Assembly: GCA_028534125.1 (NCBI GenBank)
Contig: CM052818.1
Location: 14,014,001 to 14,078,000, forward strand
DNA from: Lama glama
Lineage: Eukaryota
Reading direction: 5' to 3'
DNA length: 64,000 nt
Part shown: positions 38,131 through 50,783 of the stretch, in pieces
Position numbering within the stretch: the stretch's first letter is position 1
How the letters are laid out: each line of letters starts with the position of its first letter
Notes under the pieces: generated by a model
Told to the model about the DNA's origin: nothing
Seen by the model: the letters and a program-made list of their open reading frames with translations, nothing else
Database searches by the model: none
Made by a program: the position numbers and the translations under genes

Positions 38131-38919
38131 CCTCATATCCTCCACGGTGCGTACTCAAGTGGTTTCGCTGACCATAGTTAACTAGCTTTTCATTTTCATG
38201 GTCCTGAGGCCACCTTTGGTCCAGATAGATACCCAGTCTAATGATCTCTTTTCTTTTTGGCAGGAAACAACTCAGAGTCTAAGTATGAATGCTCTCTTGA
38301 GACCTGAAGGATGGCTTATTCTCTTTTTATTTAAAGATTTTATAAGTTTCCCTTGGCCAGTTCAAGTCAGTACTAGGTGCTGTTCTCACACTAGCTGATG
38401 CTTATGTTATCACCTCTGGTTACCTCCTGGTTGCTTCTTAGTCAGGAATGAGGACCACTTCCTGGTTACCAAGAACAACAGAGCAGAGTAATATGTGGCT
38501 CATACCAGATCCTTCCTTCCATAAAGAAGGTAGGGGTGAATGCTTCTAAGAAAAACAAGCATTGCCTAAGTAACAATACCAAATTCTAATACTCAAAGAA
38601 TATGCCCCTAATGTACTTACATGTCATAATGGTGCTAAATGCACTTCTTGGGTGTTATGTCTTATCAGTACTTTTATCTGTGAGCTGAGAATGGTGTTAG
38701 TAGAAGCTATTTGAGAAAAGCAAAGGACATACTGTCTCTTTAGGTGAAATTTTCCAGCAGAACAAATATTAGTAATCTTCCATCTATCTTTCCTTCCTCC
38801 CATCCTTTCTTCCTTCTAAATATGGTAGTATCTTCTCAGAACTTCCCAGGACTTGTACTGTCTGAAATTCTCATTTTACTGCATAAAATATCCTCAGTGA
38901 AGTTTATGAATAAAAACTA

Positions 38920-39145
38920 ACCTGAATAGTGTACGTCTGTGTGCCAGGCACTCTTATAAGTATTTTATGATTACTCAACTAATCTTTGAAACCACTGTAT
39001 GAGGTGACCACTATTATTAGCCCTATTTCACTGATGAGGAATGAGGCACAGAGAAGATAATTGCTCAAAATCACAAACCTTATAAGCGGTAGGGTCAGGA
39101 TTTAAACCTTAGAAGTTTGACTCTAGAATCTATACTTTTAACCCC
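38920..39145 (-). mobile_element. MIR SINE
   Basis: GTGCCAGGCACT...CTATTTCACTGATGAGGAATGAGGCACAGAGA...GGATTTAAACC. Confidence 0.8.
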
Positions 39146-40776
39146 ACCTTCACTTCTCATAGTGAAGGCAGTTCTTCAAAACAGTGATCATCACATTAAC
39201 ATGTTTTAGAATATATGCTGCAAGCGTACTTAACAGGATTGACGAATCTGCTGATGCAGTTCATTTGGGAGGCTACAGAACTGTGTCTGAACTGGCCTGT
39301 GTGTCATTTATCTCTCTGCTCATTTCTTTAGGGCTTACCTTTTGCAAATACCACCTTTCTCGCCAGATTTACACTTAGAAACTGTTGATAAATAAAAAAT
39401 TTTTGAGAGGATTGTAGCTCCAAATCAACATAATATTTTCTCTTCCAAGTTGTTATGATTAGTTGTAATATTGCTCATTTGAATGCTCCTGCTCTCCTAA
39501 GTGGTGGTCCTCGGTGCTGGCTGTAACAGCAGAGCTCTGCTTGGAGGTAGCAAACAAGATGAAAGTAAAGTTGACAACTAAGCTTGGTGAGACTTGAGAA
39601 TGGAATAGGAAAAGATGGGTTATTGCTTTGGAGAGGTTTTGATCTAAATATGGAGAGTGATTATGAACTGTTTGTAAAGCTTTGGAGAATCAGTGTGACC
39701 TGTAAAGACAACAGGCAGGTATGCCATGCTCAAATCGTAATCTACCAGTTAAGATCCTACAGGGCTTGTGACTCCCCTAAAAATGTTCTCAGGGAGATTT
39801 CCAATAAAAATCATAGATACGTACACAGTGTGACTGCCAGACAGAGTTAGGGTGCACTTGAGACCAGTGAGGAGGCATACAAAGTCAGCCTGGGCGGTGA
39901 GCTGTGTGTTTTCTCAGTTTCAGTTAGGATGGTGCAAGAGTAGAGAAAACAGAGCTGGATTTAACTGGAGTTGTGGTTTCACTGAGCTAGATAGGGGAAG
40001 GGAGTTGAGGGAGTCTTTTGCTATTCTCATCTGTTTGTTCCTCTATGTACATTTTAGAAGTACCTTGTCAAGTTTCACGTAAAATTCTTGTGCTTTTGGT
40101 TGGAACTCCTTTGATCATACTAATCAATTTGGGACAAACTGCCTGCTTTATGATACTGAATCGTCTGTATTTCTTCTTATCATTAAACCTCTCTAATATC
40201 TTTTAATGAAGATTGAAATTTTTCTCCAAAAAAAAAATGAAATCATATATACCAAATCTAGCAACAATGGACATGAAAAATATTGTCTATCACATCCTTG
40301 TTCAGTATTTTCATAAAGATGTCTTATGAAAAATTTCTCTCTAGGTTTCATCATAAAGTTATGAAATAAATTATTACTGCTCTCAAATTCTTCTTTTGAG
40401 ACGCCAATGGTTTAGTAATAACAAGCACTGTAACTTGGCTGCTGACTTAGAAATAGTTTCCTTGTAGCTGTTTCCCTTTGAGTTCTTATCCTTTGAGTAG
40501 GCTGCCTTGCCTCTCTCAAAGATACTGTGTATTATTTCTCCCTTGAAAAACATGCCTTTTCTTTTCAGCTGTGTTCCCTTACATAACAAAAAACTTGGAA
40601 ATGCAATGTCTTAAAGAGAATGCATAAAGGTTATAAGGCATCATGCATTATTATGGTTAATTACTCAAGCTCACACTGATTATATTAGATTTTTTGAAAT
40701 CCAAAACTTTGACTAAAATGAAGGTCCTCTTTTCGTGTGTGCTCACGCGTGTGCCTGTAACATTTGGCTATATGGT

Positions 40777-41336
40777 TGTATTATTTCCTAAGGCTGTTGT
40801 AACAAAATAGCACAAATTGCATGGTTTAAAACAAACTGGGTGGTTTTAGCAGAAGTGTATTCTCTTACACTTTTGGAGGCCAGGTGTAGGAAATCAATGT
40901 GTTGACAGGGCCATGCTCCCTCCAAGCCTCTAGGATCCTCCCTTGCCTCTTCCAGATTCTGGAAGCCCCGTATGTTCTTTGGCTTGTGGCAGTATCATTC
41001 CAATTTCTGCCTGTTTTCACGTGGCTGTCTTTCCTACATGTCTCTGCCTTCTGCTTTTCTTAAAAGGACACCAGTCATAGTGGATTGAGGGCCCCTCCTA
41101 CTCCAGTATGCCCTCATTTTTACTAGCTATATCTGCGATGACTCTACCTTCTTTTCTTTCTCTCTTTTTTAATGGAGGTACTGGGGATTGAGCCCAGGAC
41201 TTCGTGCATGCTAAGCATGCGCTCCACCATTCACCTATTACCCTCCCCCGACCATATTTTCAATTCAGGTCATTCTGAGGTACTGTGGTTAGGACTTCAG
41301 CATATCTTTTGAGGGGACACAGTTCAACCCACAACA
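40777..41336 (-). mobile_element. MLT1 (MaLR) LTR containing a Vic-1-like SINE
   Basis: TGTATTATTTCCTAAGGCTGTTGTAACAAA...GAGGGGACACAGTTCAACCCACAACA, typical MLT1B/C reverse complement. Confidence 0.85.
41151..41249 (-). mobile_element. tRNA-derived camelid SINE (Vic-1-like) inserted in an MLT1 LTR
   Basis: Reverse complement of the same core (GGAGGTACTGGGGATTGAGCCCAGGACTTCGTGCATGCTAAGCATGC) with a T-rich tail on the left. Confidence 0.88.
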
Positions 41337-42168
41337 ATATCTAATTACTGAGAAATCTTGCATAAGTTTTTTAGGAATATAGGCATATTCATTTAAAAAT
41401 GTAACTTCACGTTTGTTGTTTGACATAGAGAAAGGACACAAATGCAGGAATATATTAAAAAATCTGCAGTGATGAAATTTTGCATGTCAACCAGGCTTTT
41501 ATGAGAACTCTATTTTTTACTTCAATAAAATCTCTGCAGGCAATTTTTAAAAATATTTTTGATTAAGCTATTTGGCTGAATCACTGACTGTAATATAGGT
41601 TTCTCAAAAATATTTCCAAGTCTATTCAGCTTTCTACATAATTTTCATATTTGCTTTTAGAAATGAGAAAGACAAAGGTAGAAGAGAAACTCAGATCTAA
41701 GTTAAACACACTATGTGACTATCCGCTTTATTTTCTTACTTGGAAATATATAAAAGGAAACTGCCTTCTTTCAAGAAAGGCTCTAAAGAATCTCATTATA
41801 TTTATAAAGACTTCCACATGCTGTAATAAATCCACCAGCACCGTCTTTAATTCAGAGCATTGTTGCAACTCTCCTAACACAGAACACATCTTTCTGAGCT
41901 GTTTATCCCAATGTTTGATGTCGGCACTAGAAAGAAATTAAAGGTTAAAAATAAACAATAAAAAAATGATCTTGAAGCTAGATCAGGGCTAGGGAGTCAT
42001 TAGGTTGAACCCCGTGATTTACAGAGGACGATACTGAGGCCCAGAGGTTCTTGAAGGTCACCAAGCTGGGGCTGGAAAAGCTGGATCTAGAATCTTACTC
42101 TATTGAATCACATTGTATTTTCTTCCATATTTTATTCAAAACTTGCGCAAAAGGTGAAGAATAGCTGG

Positions 42169-42247
42169 CACTGAGTTGTACACTTTAAATGCATGAACTG
42201 TATGGTATGAGAATTATACCTCAATAAAGCTGGTTTAAAAAAAAAAA
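42169..42247 (+). mobile_element. Short L1M 3' end with polyA
   Basis: CACTGAGTTGTACACTTTAAA...TTATACCTCAATAAAGCTG plus A run; flanked by GAATAGCTGG / GAATGGCTGG. Confidence 0.72.
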
Positions 42248-42749
42248 GATGAATGGCTGGGTTTCAGAGGTACAGCAAGGAAAGTACAATATGCTTAAGA
42301 AAGATTCATGTTAAATAATAGTTTCTTTTTTTAAAAAATTGCACAGTAAATACCCACCTGAAAACAGCAAGTAGCCCCGATTCTAAGATCTAAAAAACAA
42401 CTTAAGCTAGACTTAATTTTAATTATAACATTATCAGTTTCACAGAGCTAGAAGGTGATTTAGAGAAGGAACATTGTCTAAGAAATAGTCTTAAGACATT
42501 TGTTGACACTCAAAAAATCTGTACGCATTTATAAGGCTAAGTTAAAATGTAAGCCTTTAAATAGTGCTCTGTCATGGAGCATGAAGTACCATACTGCAGG
42601 CTCACCTTTCTAGAGGTCAAAGTAGATTAATAGGAAACTGGTGCTTTTTCTGTTCTTTCTTTCTGGATTTCTTAATAGTGATTCATAGGCCTCCCAAATT
42701 TACCCTCTAACTTTTTCATCTTTTGTCTTCTGTATTATATATATTTGTC

Positions 42750-45200
42750 TTTAAAAAAAAAGATATAATTTTTATCCAGTAAAGTTCACTTCTTTTAATC
42801 ATACAGTTCAATGAGTTTTGACAATGTATATAGTGTAACCATCAACAGTATCACTCCAAGAAGTTCCCTAGTCCCCTCTGCAGTCAGCCCTCCCCCCATC
42901 CCTGCCAGTTTGGCCTTTTTAAGAATGTCACATAAACAGAATCACAGAGTATGTAGGCTTTTGTGTCTTGTTTCTTTCACTTAATATAATCCTTTTGAGT
43001 TTCCTCCATGCTGTGTCTATCAATAGTTTGTTCCTTTTTATTGTTCAGTAGGATGCCAAAGCCACAATATGTTTATTCATTCATTCATTGATGGACATTT
43101 GGGTTGTTTCCCATTTTCATTTCTCTTGGATAAATATCCAGGAGTAAAATTGCTGGTTCATACCTAGTGAGATATGTTTAATTTTATAAGAAATTACCAA
43201 ATGATTTTCCTAAGTAGTGGTACCATTTTATACTTGCAACAGCATTCATTATGTATTCCTGCCAAATTTTATAGTTTTGACCATTCTCTTTGGGCCCATG
43301 ATTCATTTTGAGTTAATTTTTTTTTTATGATATAAGGATCAAAGTTTTGGGTTTTTTGTATTTGTTTTTCTTTTTGGTTTTTTGCATATGGATGTCCAAT
43401 TGTTTCAGCACTATTTGTGGAAAAGACTGTCCTTTCCCCATTGAACTACTTTGGCACCTTTGTCAAAAATTGACTATATATTTGTGGGTCTATGAGTCTA
43501 TTTCTGGATTCTGTTCTGTTCCAGTGATCCACATGTCTTTTTTTATGCCAGTACTACACTGTCTTAATTATTGTAGCTTTATTATAAATCTTGAAATCAA
43601 AGTTAAAGTCCCTCTAGTTTTTTAAATTTCTCTAGCAATGTTTGCAGTATAATGATCTTGGGCATATTTTGTTAAATCCATCCTTAAATATTTCATGTTT
43701 TCTGAGGCTGTTATAAATGATTTGCCTTTTTTTTTTAAACAACTTTAATTTCCTTTTGTTTTGTGCTAATACATTTTTATTCCTTTTTTCTATTTCCTGG
43801 GAGGTTTTACAAATGTATCTTTCAATACTTTGATTAATTTTTTAAAGTTGCAATTAAAATTTTTTAGCGTGGTAAAATATATGAAATGAAATTTACCTTT
43901 TAAACTATTTTTAAGTGAGCAGTTCAGTGGCATTAAGTACATTCACATTGTTGTGCAACCATCACCACTATCCATCTCCAGAACTTCTTTGTCAACCCAT
44001 ATTGAAAATCTGTATATACTAAATACTCTCTAGATACTAACTCCCCATTCCCACCGTCCTGTATCCCAAGTGCCCACTGTTTTATTTTCTGTCTCTATGT
44101 ATTTGACTATTATGGGTAACTCATATAAATAGAATCATACATTACTTGTCATTTTGTGTCTGGTTTATTTCACTTAGCATAATGTCTTCAAGGTTCAACC
44201 ATGTTGCAGCATGTATCAGAAATCCATTCCTTTTTAAGGCTGCATAGTATTCCATTGTATGTACCTACCACATTTTGTTTTTCCAGTCATCCATTAATAG
44301 ACACTGGGTTGTTTCTACCTTTTGGCTATTGTAAGTAGTGCTGCTGTGAACATAAAGTTGGCTTTAATTTATGAACTATTTCATGTTCTTTGAGTTTTTC
44401 ATTTTTGTTTCTCTTTTTATTTTATGGAGTGATATGTTTTGTTATCTCCCTCTAAATATTATAGTTTCTTTGAGGTTTTCTTCTATTCTTTATGTGTCTC
44501 TGTTCCCTCCAGTTTCTTTTTCTGTTTGTTTTCATTTTTAGCATCCATTCAAGCCTTTTGTCAAACATCTCGTGGTTCCTGATATTTTGTTTTAAGATGT
44601 TTAAGAGTGGGGAATTTAAAAAATGGATAGAAGCTTTGTGGGGAGAAGGGGGCAGGTGGAGCTTATCAGGTCTTTTTTCTGGGGTACTTTAAATGCCAGA
44701 ACATTGAGGAAGTTTCACTGGAACCATTTTGTTTCTCCACAAAAGCATGAAAGAGAGACTGAGGCATAGGGGACAGCAGGGGTTGGGGAAGCAGTGATGG
44801 TGGGGCAGTGGTGACATGTTTAAGCCTTGCTGTAGGCTTTCTGGGTGCAGGGAGGGGAAAAAGAGGCTGAGGGTTCCACTTTCACTTAATCCACTTGTTT
44901 TTAGTCCTAGCACCTCCAAGGGCTGAACTTGTCAAGGATTCTGTGGCACAAAATAACCTTTCTACTTTTAAAGATATTTAGTTGGGAGATGTTTAGGTTG
45001 TAACTTCACAGCCAGCTACATCAGTAACTGCTTCTCTATCTGCTTTGTCTTCCAAAAATGTGTTGAAATATTTTATCCACTGTTGTCTCCTCTCTTATTC
45101 TCCTTGTCCTTGTTGGTGAATACCATTTTTATTGCTTCATTGACATTTAATGGGGTTTTAGGAGGGAGAGGAAATGAACATATGATACATCATGTTTAAC
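42750..45200 (-). mobile_element. Cluster of nested L1M fragments; a younger L1MA/MB-like piece at 43851-44352
   Basis: Typical antisense L1 motifs (GATGGACATTTGGGTTGTTTCC, TTGGCACCTTTGTCAAAAAT, GTTGTGCAACCATCACCAC). Inner piece is flanked by TAAAGTTG (43843-43850, 44353-44360). Confidence 0.8.
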
Positions 45201-46099
45201 TATTGGAGTAAATAGCATTTATCATTCATAAATGATTTACAGCATTTCTTTTACCACCTGACAGGAAAAACTTCCACCCAGGACAATAAATAAAACTCAG
45301 GTGAAGTGGAAATATTAGATCACAGGTTTGCAGTCATAAAAGGAAAATGAATTTTCAAAAAGGCACATACAGGGCAATTTCTGGTAATGAATGTGTTCCT
45401 TGGTTCACTGGAAAGTAGAAAAGAGTTGAATATTGAGCAATCTAGATCTGTTGATTAAAAAAAAAATCCTATACCTCATAAAGACAAGTAGTGTATAAAA
45501 TAAAGCTGTAATTTATAGAACTTGCTTAATCTCTTATTGCTTTTCTTTCAGCCATTTCTTTCTCTTTAGCATCTTCATTAGTGGATGATTAGTTACAGGA
45601 AGAGGCAAAAGTCCACTAGGCAATGCTACTACTTGTTATTGGCTAAGAGGCTGGACTTACTAGTTCAATGAGGGTTTGGTTTAAGAATTATGTGTGGCTT
45701 AAATTATTGGTGCTGTCCCTGTTACTATAGATCACTTAGTGCTAACTATGATTATACTGAGCACTTACTGGAATATTATTTGAGTTCTCAGTTTAAGGTG
45801 GATGGAGAAAATAAAAATGAGCACCTATTTAAAAACTGGACCCATGAAGAAAAGCTAAAAAAAGTTTTATTGTTTTGATTTGATTTGTTTGCCTAGAAAA
45901 AGTAAAGGATCAGTGGAAGTAACGTTGTTCAAGGACATCCAGAGATGGTTCATGTTGATGTTTCCCAGAGCTCTTTTCTAAGCCTTTTTCTCCCATGGGC
46001 AGTAGACAGTATCCATCAACCTGCTTGGCCATCCCCTCCCCTACCCCACCATTTTTCCTCAGATATTTACCCATGAAACTTAACCAACAGGTTTAGCTA

Positions 46100-46750
46100 C
46101 CTGCTCTCCAGACGAGATCCAAGCTCCAGCTCTAGTTTTCCAGCTGCCTCCTGATTATTTCTACTCCAGTGCTCTGCAGGCAACTTAAGTTCAAAGTATC
46201 AAAAACTTAGGTCATTATATCCTCCCCAGCATTACTCACCCATTCTGTGCTCCTCTCCTGACTTCTTTAATAACGGCAGTAACAATTCACCTTGTCACCT
46301 AAGCTTAAACCTTAGAATCAGCTTTTCTTTCTTCTTTTCCCATCAGCCCCTCCATCTTATTAGTCTGTGAACCAATTCTATGAATTTAACTTCAGTGTTT
46401 TTCAAATTTATCTTCTCCTATTTCTTATGCTGTTAGTTTAGCCTCTCATTAACTTTTGCCTGAACTGTAAGCAGTAATGTTTCACTTAAAACAGTCTGTC
46501 TGTCTGTCTCTCTCCCTCTCTCTGTCTCTCTCTCTATAATATATATATAATGTATATTCATACACATATGTGTATACATACAGACATATACACATTTACA
46601 TGAATATGTATACGTACATATGTATATATACCTATATATTCTTATGTAAACTAAACTATATATTCCTTGATGTTAGGAAAAATGTTTTATTTACTATTTA
46701 TCACCAAAGCCCCGATGCTCAATAGATTTTAGTTGAATATATGAATAACA
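46100..46750 (+). mobile_element. Diverged L2 fragments
   Basis: TCCAGCTGCCTCCTG...CAACTTAAGTTCAA and 3' end GCTCAATAGATTTTAGTTGAAT. Confidence 0.6.
46494..46640. repeat. (TCTG)/(TC)n and degenerate (TA/CA)n low-complexity tract
   Basis: Directly visible. Confidence 0.88.
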
Positions 46751-47899
46751 TTTATCCTAAAGGTAGTGACCACCTGGTTTCTATTTCCATTCACAATTAA
46801 ACAACAAAATTAATAATTCAATCTTTAGGTATAAGGAAGAGTGGGATACATACTGGAATGAGTTTTTTATAGCTCAGATAATTTGGTAAACTCCTCTTTG
46901 TAGTTGTTTTTTCTCATGAGGACAGATTTTTTTGTCGAAGATGATTTAGAAATTTCTTTGCTTGGATTTGTGATGCTTAGATTAGTTGATTTTCTGCTGG
47001 GTCAAATACAGTTCTTTTGCTAGATCAAAATAAATTTCACCAGAGGAATCATACATATTGAACTAGGAAAGAAATGCAGTATTAATACAGAGGACCTAAG
47101 AAGGTTAAAGGAGAAGGATTAGGTTAAATTCTAATTATGACTTTCCCTTGCATGATTCTCTTTGAAACTTGAAATTTTAATTTTAGGTACAACACTAATT
47201 GTCAGTGTATAATTAGCATGACCAAAGATGTTGATCTCATATTATTTCTATTCTATCCTTACTACAGAATGAACTAGTATAAGTCAAGATGTTAACTAGA
47301 ACCGTGAACTGCATTTAGCAAAAAGGTACATTTCATAAAGTCTAAAATCCCAGCGAAATGGTAGGGACAATGACATAGCAAGCTGTTAATTTTTCTCTTA
47401 AGAGTGCCAAAATGCTGTTTCAGGCTTTTTTGAATACAAAGATTAAATGTAATTCATTGGTGCTCTTGAACACAAGTCATTTTCAATAGGCAAAAAAGCT
47501 GTGATACACAACTTTTGAAACAAATTTGTCAGGAATCTACCTCTCTCTTTTCTCCCATGGTTGCTAAACTGACTCGACTCTCGAGTTTACATCCTGCAGG
47601 ATGTAGGCAGGAGGACACCCATCCCATGCTTTTAACTCTTTCAGGGGGCATACATGATGAAAGGAGAATTAACCTGTTCTATGTATGTACACCAGATTAG
47701 GTGTCATTTCAGCATTCTGCAGTAAGGTATAAAATGAGCTATTTCCCTAAGTAGTGAGTCTCCCTCTACTGAAAATGTTCAAGGACATGTGTGTCTGATT
47801 TGTTCAGTGCTGTATTTCAGAGTCTTGAAAAGTGCTTGGTGCAGAGTAAATACGCAATAAATATTTCACGTATGAATGAATAAAACACAAAATGGATGA

Positions 47900-48268
47900 T
47901 GTTTCAATAAGCTTTTACTGCGTAATGAACCACCCCAAAATGTAGTAGTTTAGAACAGTGATTCATTATTTTTCATGGTTCTGTAGGTTGGCTGAACAAT
48001 CTAAGATGGTCTCACATTTCTGGGACATCAGCTCTAGGGTTGGGACAGCTAGGTCTTTCTTGCCATGTCTCTCATCTTGGGCCTCAGCATTCCAAGAGAG
48101 TGAGAGTGGAAGCAGTAATGCTTCTGCCTGTTAGGCTTGGAACTCATTTCCAGCGCCTCCTATCAGTCAAAAAAGTCACAAGGCCAGATCTAAAGAGATG
48201 GGGAAATTGATCTGACCTATTGATGGGTGTTGTTGCAGAATTTGTGGCCATTTTTAAATCTGCCACAG
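47900..48268 (-). mobile_element. MLT1H-like LTR remnant
   Basis: AACCACCCCAAAA, AAGTCACAAGGCCAG and terminus GTGGCCATTTTTAAATCTGCCACA. Confidence 0.65.
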
Positions 48269-48707
48269 ATGACTAAGTTTAAAAAAACCTTCTGTATGGA
48301 ATTCTTGTAATAGGAGGGAGATTGGTCAAGCTGATCTCCCAAAGTCCTTCCAACTCTGAGATTCTGATTCCACAGGCTCTATGGATCTCTTATTGTGTTC
48401 TAAGACAGAACAGTTACTAACCCATTGTAACTGGAAACTTTAATCTACATCTGGCAAAGTAATTTCAAAGATAATTCACTGAATAATTATTTTCTAACTA
48501 TTACTATGATCTAGAATTATATTCTTCCTTAACTCATTTCAAATGCCCACCAGAATGTTCTTGTTAGTGACAGTGAATATTTACAACTCTAGTTTTAATT
48601 CTGGTAAAGCAGCAACGTTCTCCTTTCCTTATGCTCTCTTGATCATTCTATAAACACTAGATTAACTCTTTACTCTTACTCATTCATCAAATACTTATTT
48701 TTTTTTT

Positions 48708-49127
48708 GCAGCAACATGGATAGACCTAGATATTATCACACTAAGTGAAATAAGTCAGATGGAGAAAGACAAATATCATATGATATTACTTACGTGTGGA
48801 ATCTAAAAAAGGGATACAAAGGAACTTATTTACGAAACAAATAGACTCCTAGACATAGAAAACAAAGTTATGGTTACCAAAGGGAAAAGCAGGGGGTTGG
48901 TGGGGAGGGATAATTTGGGAATTTGGGATTAACAGATACATACAACTAATACAAAGTAGATAAACAACAGGAGCCTACTGTATAGCACAGAGAACTATAT
49001 TCAATATCTTGTAATAACCTACAATGGAAAATAATCTGACAAAGAATATATACATATATATGTATAACTGTATCAGTTTGCTGTACACCTGAAACATTGT
49101 AAATCAACTATACTTCAATAAAAAAAA
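48708..49127 (+). mobile_element. 5'-truncated cetartiodactyl L1 (ORF2 end plus 3' UTR)
   Basis: GCAGCAACATGGATAGACCTAG...CTAAGTGAAATAAGTCAG; CCTACTGTATAGCACAG; ends AATCAACTATACTTCAATAAAA. Imperfect TSD AATACTTA(A)TTTTT. Confidence 0.88.
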
Positions 49128-49177
49128 CCCCAATACTTAATTTTTTAGGAGTCACTGAGATCAGTAATTTAAAATTC

Positions 49178-49315
49178 TTTTAAAATTTTTTTTAGGCAGG
49201 AGGTAATTAAGTTTGTTTATTTATTTATTTATTTTTAAATGGAGGTACTGGGGATTGAACCCAGGACCTCGTGCTTGCTGGGCAGGCACTGTACCACTGA
49301 ACTATACCCTTCCCC
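49178..49315 (-). mobile_element. tRNA-derived camelid SINE (Vic-1-like, long-tail form)
   Basis: GGAGGTACTGGGGATTGAACCCAGGACCTCGTGC...ACCACTGAACTATACCC with (TTTA)n tail. 16-bp TSD CAGTAATTTAAAATTC (49162-49177) / CAGTAATATAAAATTC (49316-49331). Confidence 0.92.
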
Positions 49316-50029
49316 CAGTAATATAAAATTCCTATTTTTCTTCTGTGTCAGAGAAAAGTGCTTACATTATTGCCTTAATATTTAATGCTATTTACTATTA
49401 AAGTTGTAAATCTACTACTTTTCTGTAATCATCCTTTTATGACACTTTTAATAAAGATATTCCCTTGTGACTATTTTAGTAATAGTAAGTACACAGATAC
49501 AGAATGCAGAAATATCATATAAGCAACTTACAAATAATATATGAAAACCCTGTGAAACTTTCCATTAAGGAGTTTCAGTACAATCACAGTAGGAAAACAG
49601 TATGGGGAAGACTGAACTGCTGATGGCTAAACTGTGATTTAATAGGAAAAGTTCAGACTGTAAAATTTTGCTAGTATATTTTTGTATGTGTATGGACTTA
49701 GTTGAAAATCATGTATGTTTTTGGTAATTTTGAAAAATACTGGACAAATACTTGAAACATGACTATTTTAGTTACTGAAGAATCTATTTAAAAAAAATTT
49801 TTTTTAGTTTGACATTCTACGCTAATACTACACTAATACTTCTCTCTTCCTACTCTTCCCAACCCTTCTAAATAAAAACAAAGAAACAAACTCACAAAAA
49901 TTTTCTAAAAATAAAGCTACTTCATCTCTGGGATTGATAAGCCAGGTCTTGGATGTATTGTTGATGATTAACGTGATCAAGTAGCATTGTCAGGAAATCT
50001 TGCTCTACCTTTACTTTTTTTTTTTAAGT

Positions 50030-50370
50030 TAATAAATTTTCTTTCTTTGTTTTACATTTACAGAAAATTGAACAGAAAAGAGAATTCTCATACACTCCCA
50101 TGCCCACCCCTCAACCAGTTCCCCTAAAACAAACATCTTGCATTGGTGTGGTATATTTGTTACAACTGATGAACCAATATTGATAAATTATTTACTAAAG
50201 TCCAGAGTTTACATTAGGGTTCACTCTTTGTGGTGTACAGTTTTGAGTTTTGCCAAATGTATAATGTCATATATCTATCACCACAGTGTCATACAGAATA
50301 ATTTCACTGCCCTAAAAATCTCCTGTAGTCCACGTGTGTCCCTTCTCCTGCCCCTCAACCCCTGCTTTCC
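50030..50370 (-). mobile_element. L1MD-like 3' fragment
   Basis: TTTGTTACAACTGATGAACCAATATTGATA...TTACATTAGGGTTCACTCTT...TTCACTGCCCTAAAAATC. Confidence 0.75.
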
Positions 50371-50480
50371 ATTTTTAATACCCAAATTGAGCCCAGGGCA
50401 ATATTAATTAGTTGGAGCTGAGAATTTGCTTAAATAACCTGTGATTCCCCATGGTGATCAACATTTCTTAATCATTTAGG

Positions 50481-50783
50481 CTAGCACTGTCCAATAGAAA
50501 TCAAGTGTAAGCCATATATGTTTAAAATTTTCTAGATGCTGCACTAAAAGGTAAAAAGAAACAAGTGAAGTTAATTAATATATTACACTTTTCTCAATAT
50601 ATCCAAAATATTATCAATTTCAATATGTAACCAATATAAAAACTGAGATATTTAAATTTTTTGTACTGATTTTCAAAATCTAGTGTGCATTTTAAACTTA
50701 TAGCATATCTCATTTCAGACTACTCACGTTTCAAGTGCTCAGTAGCCAGGAGTAGCCAACAACTAAAGCATGGAACAGTGCAG
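50481..50783. mobile_element. MER33-like hAT-Charlie MITE
   Basis: GCACTGTCCAATAGAA...TTTCAAGTGCTCAGTAGCC...GAACAGTGCAG, with inverted ends. Confidence 0.82.
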
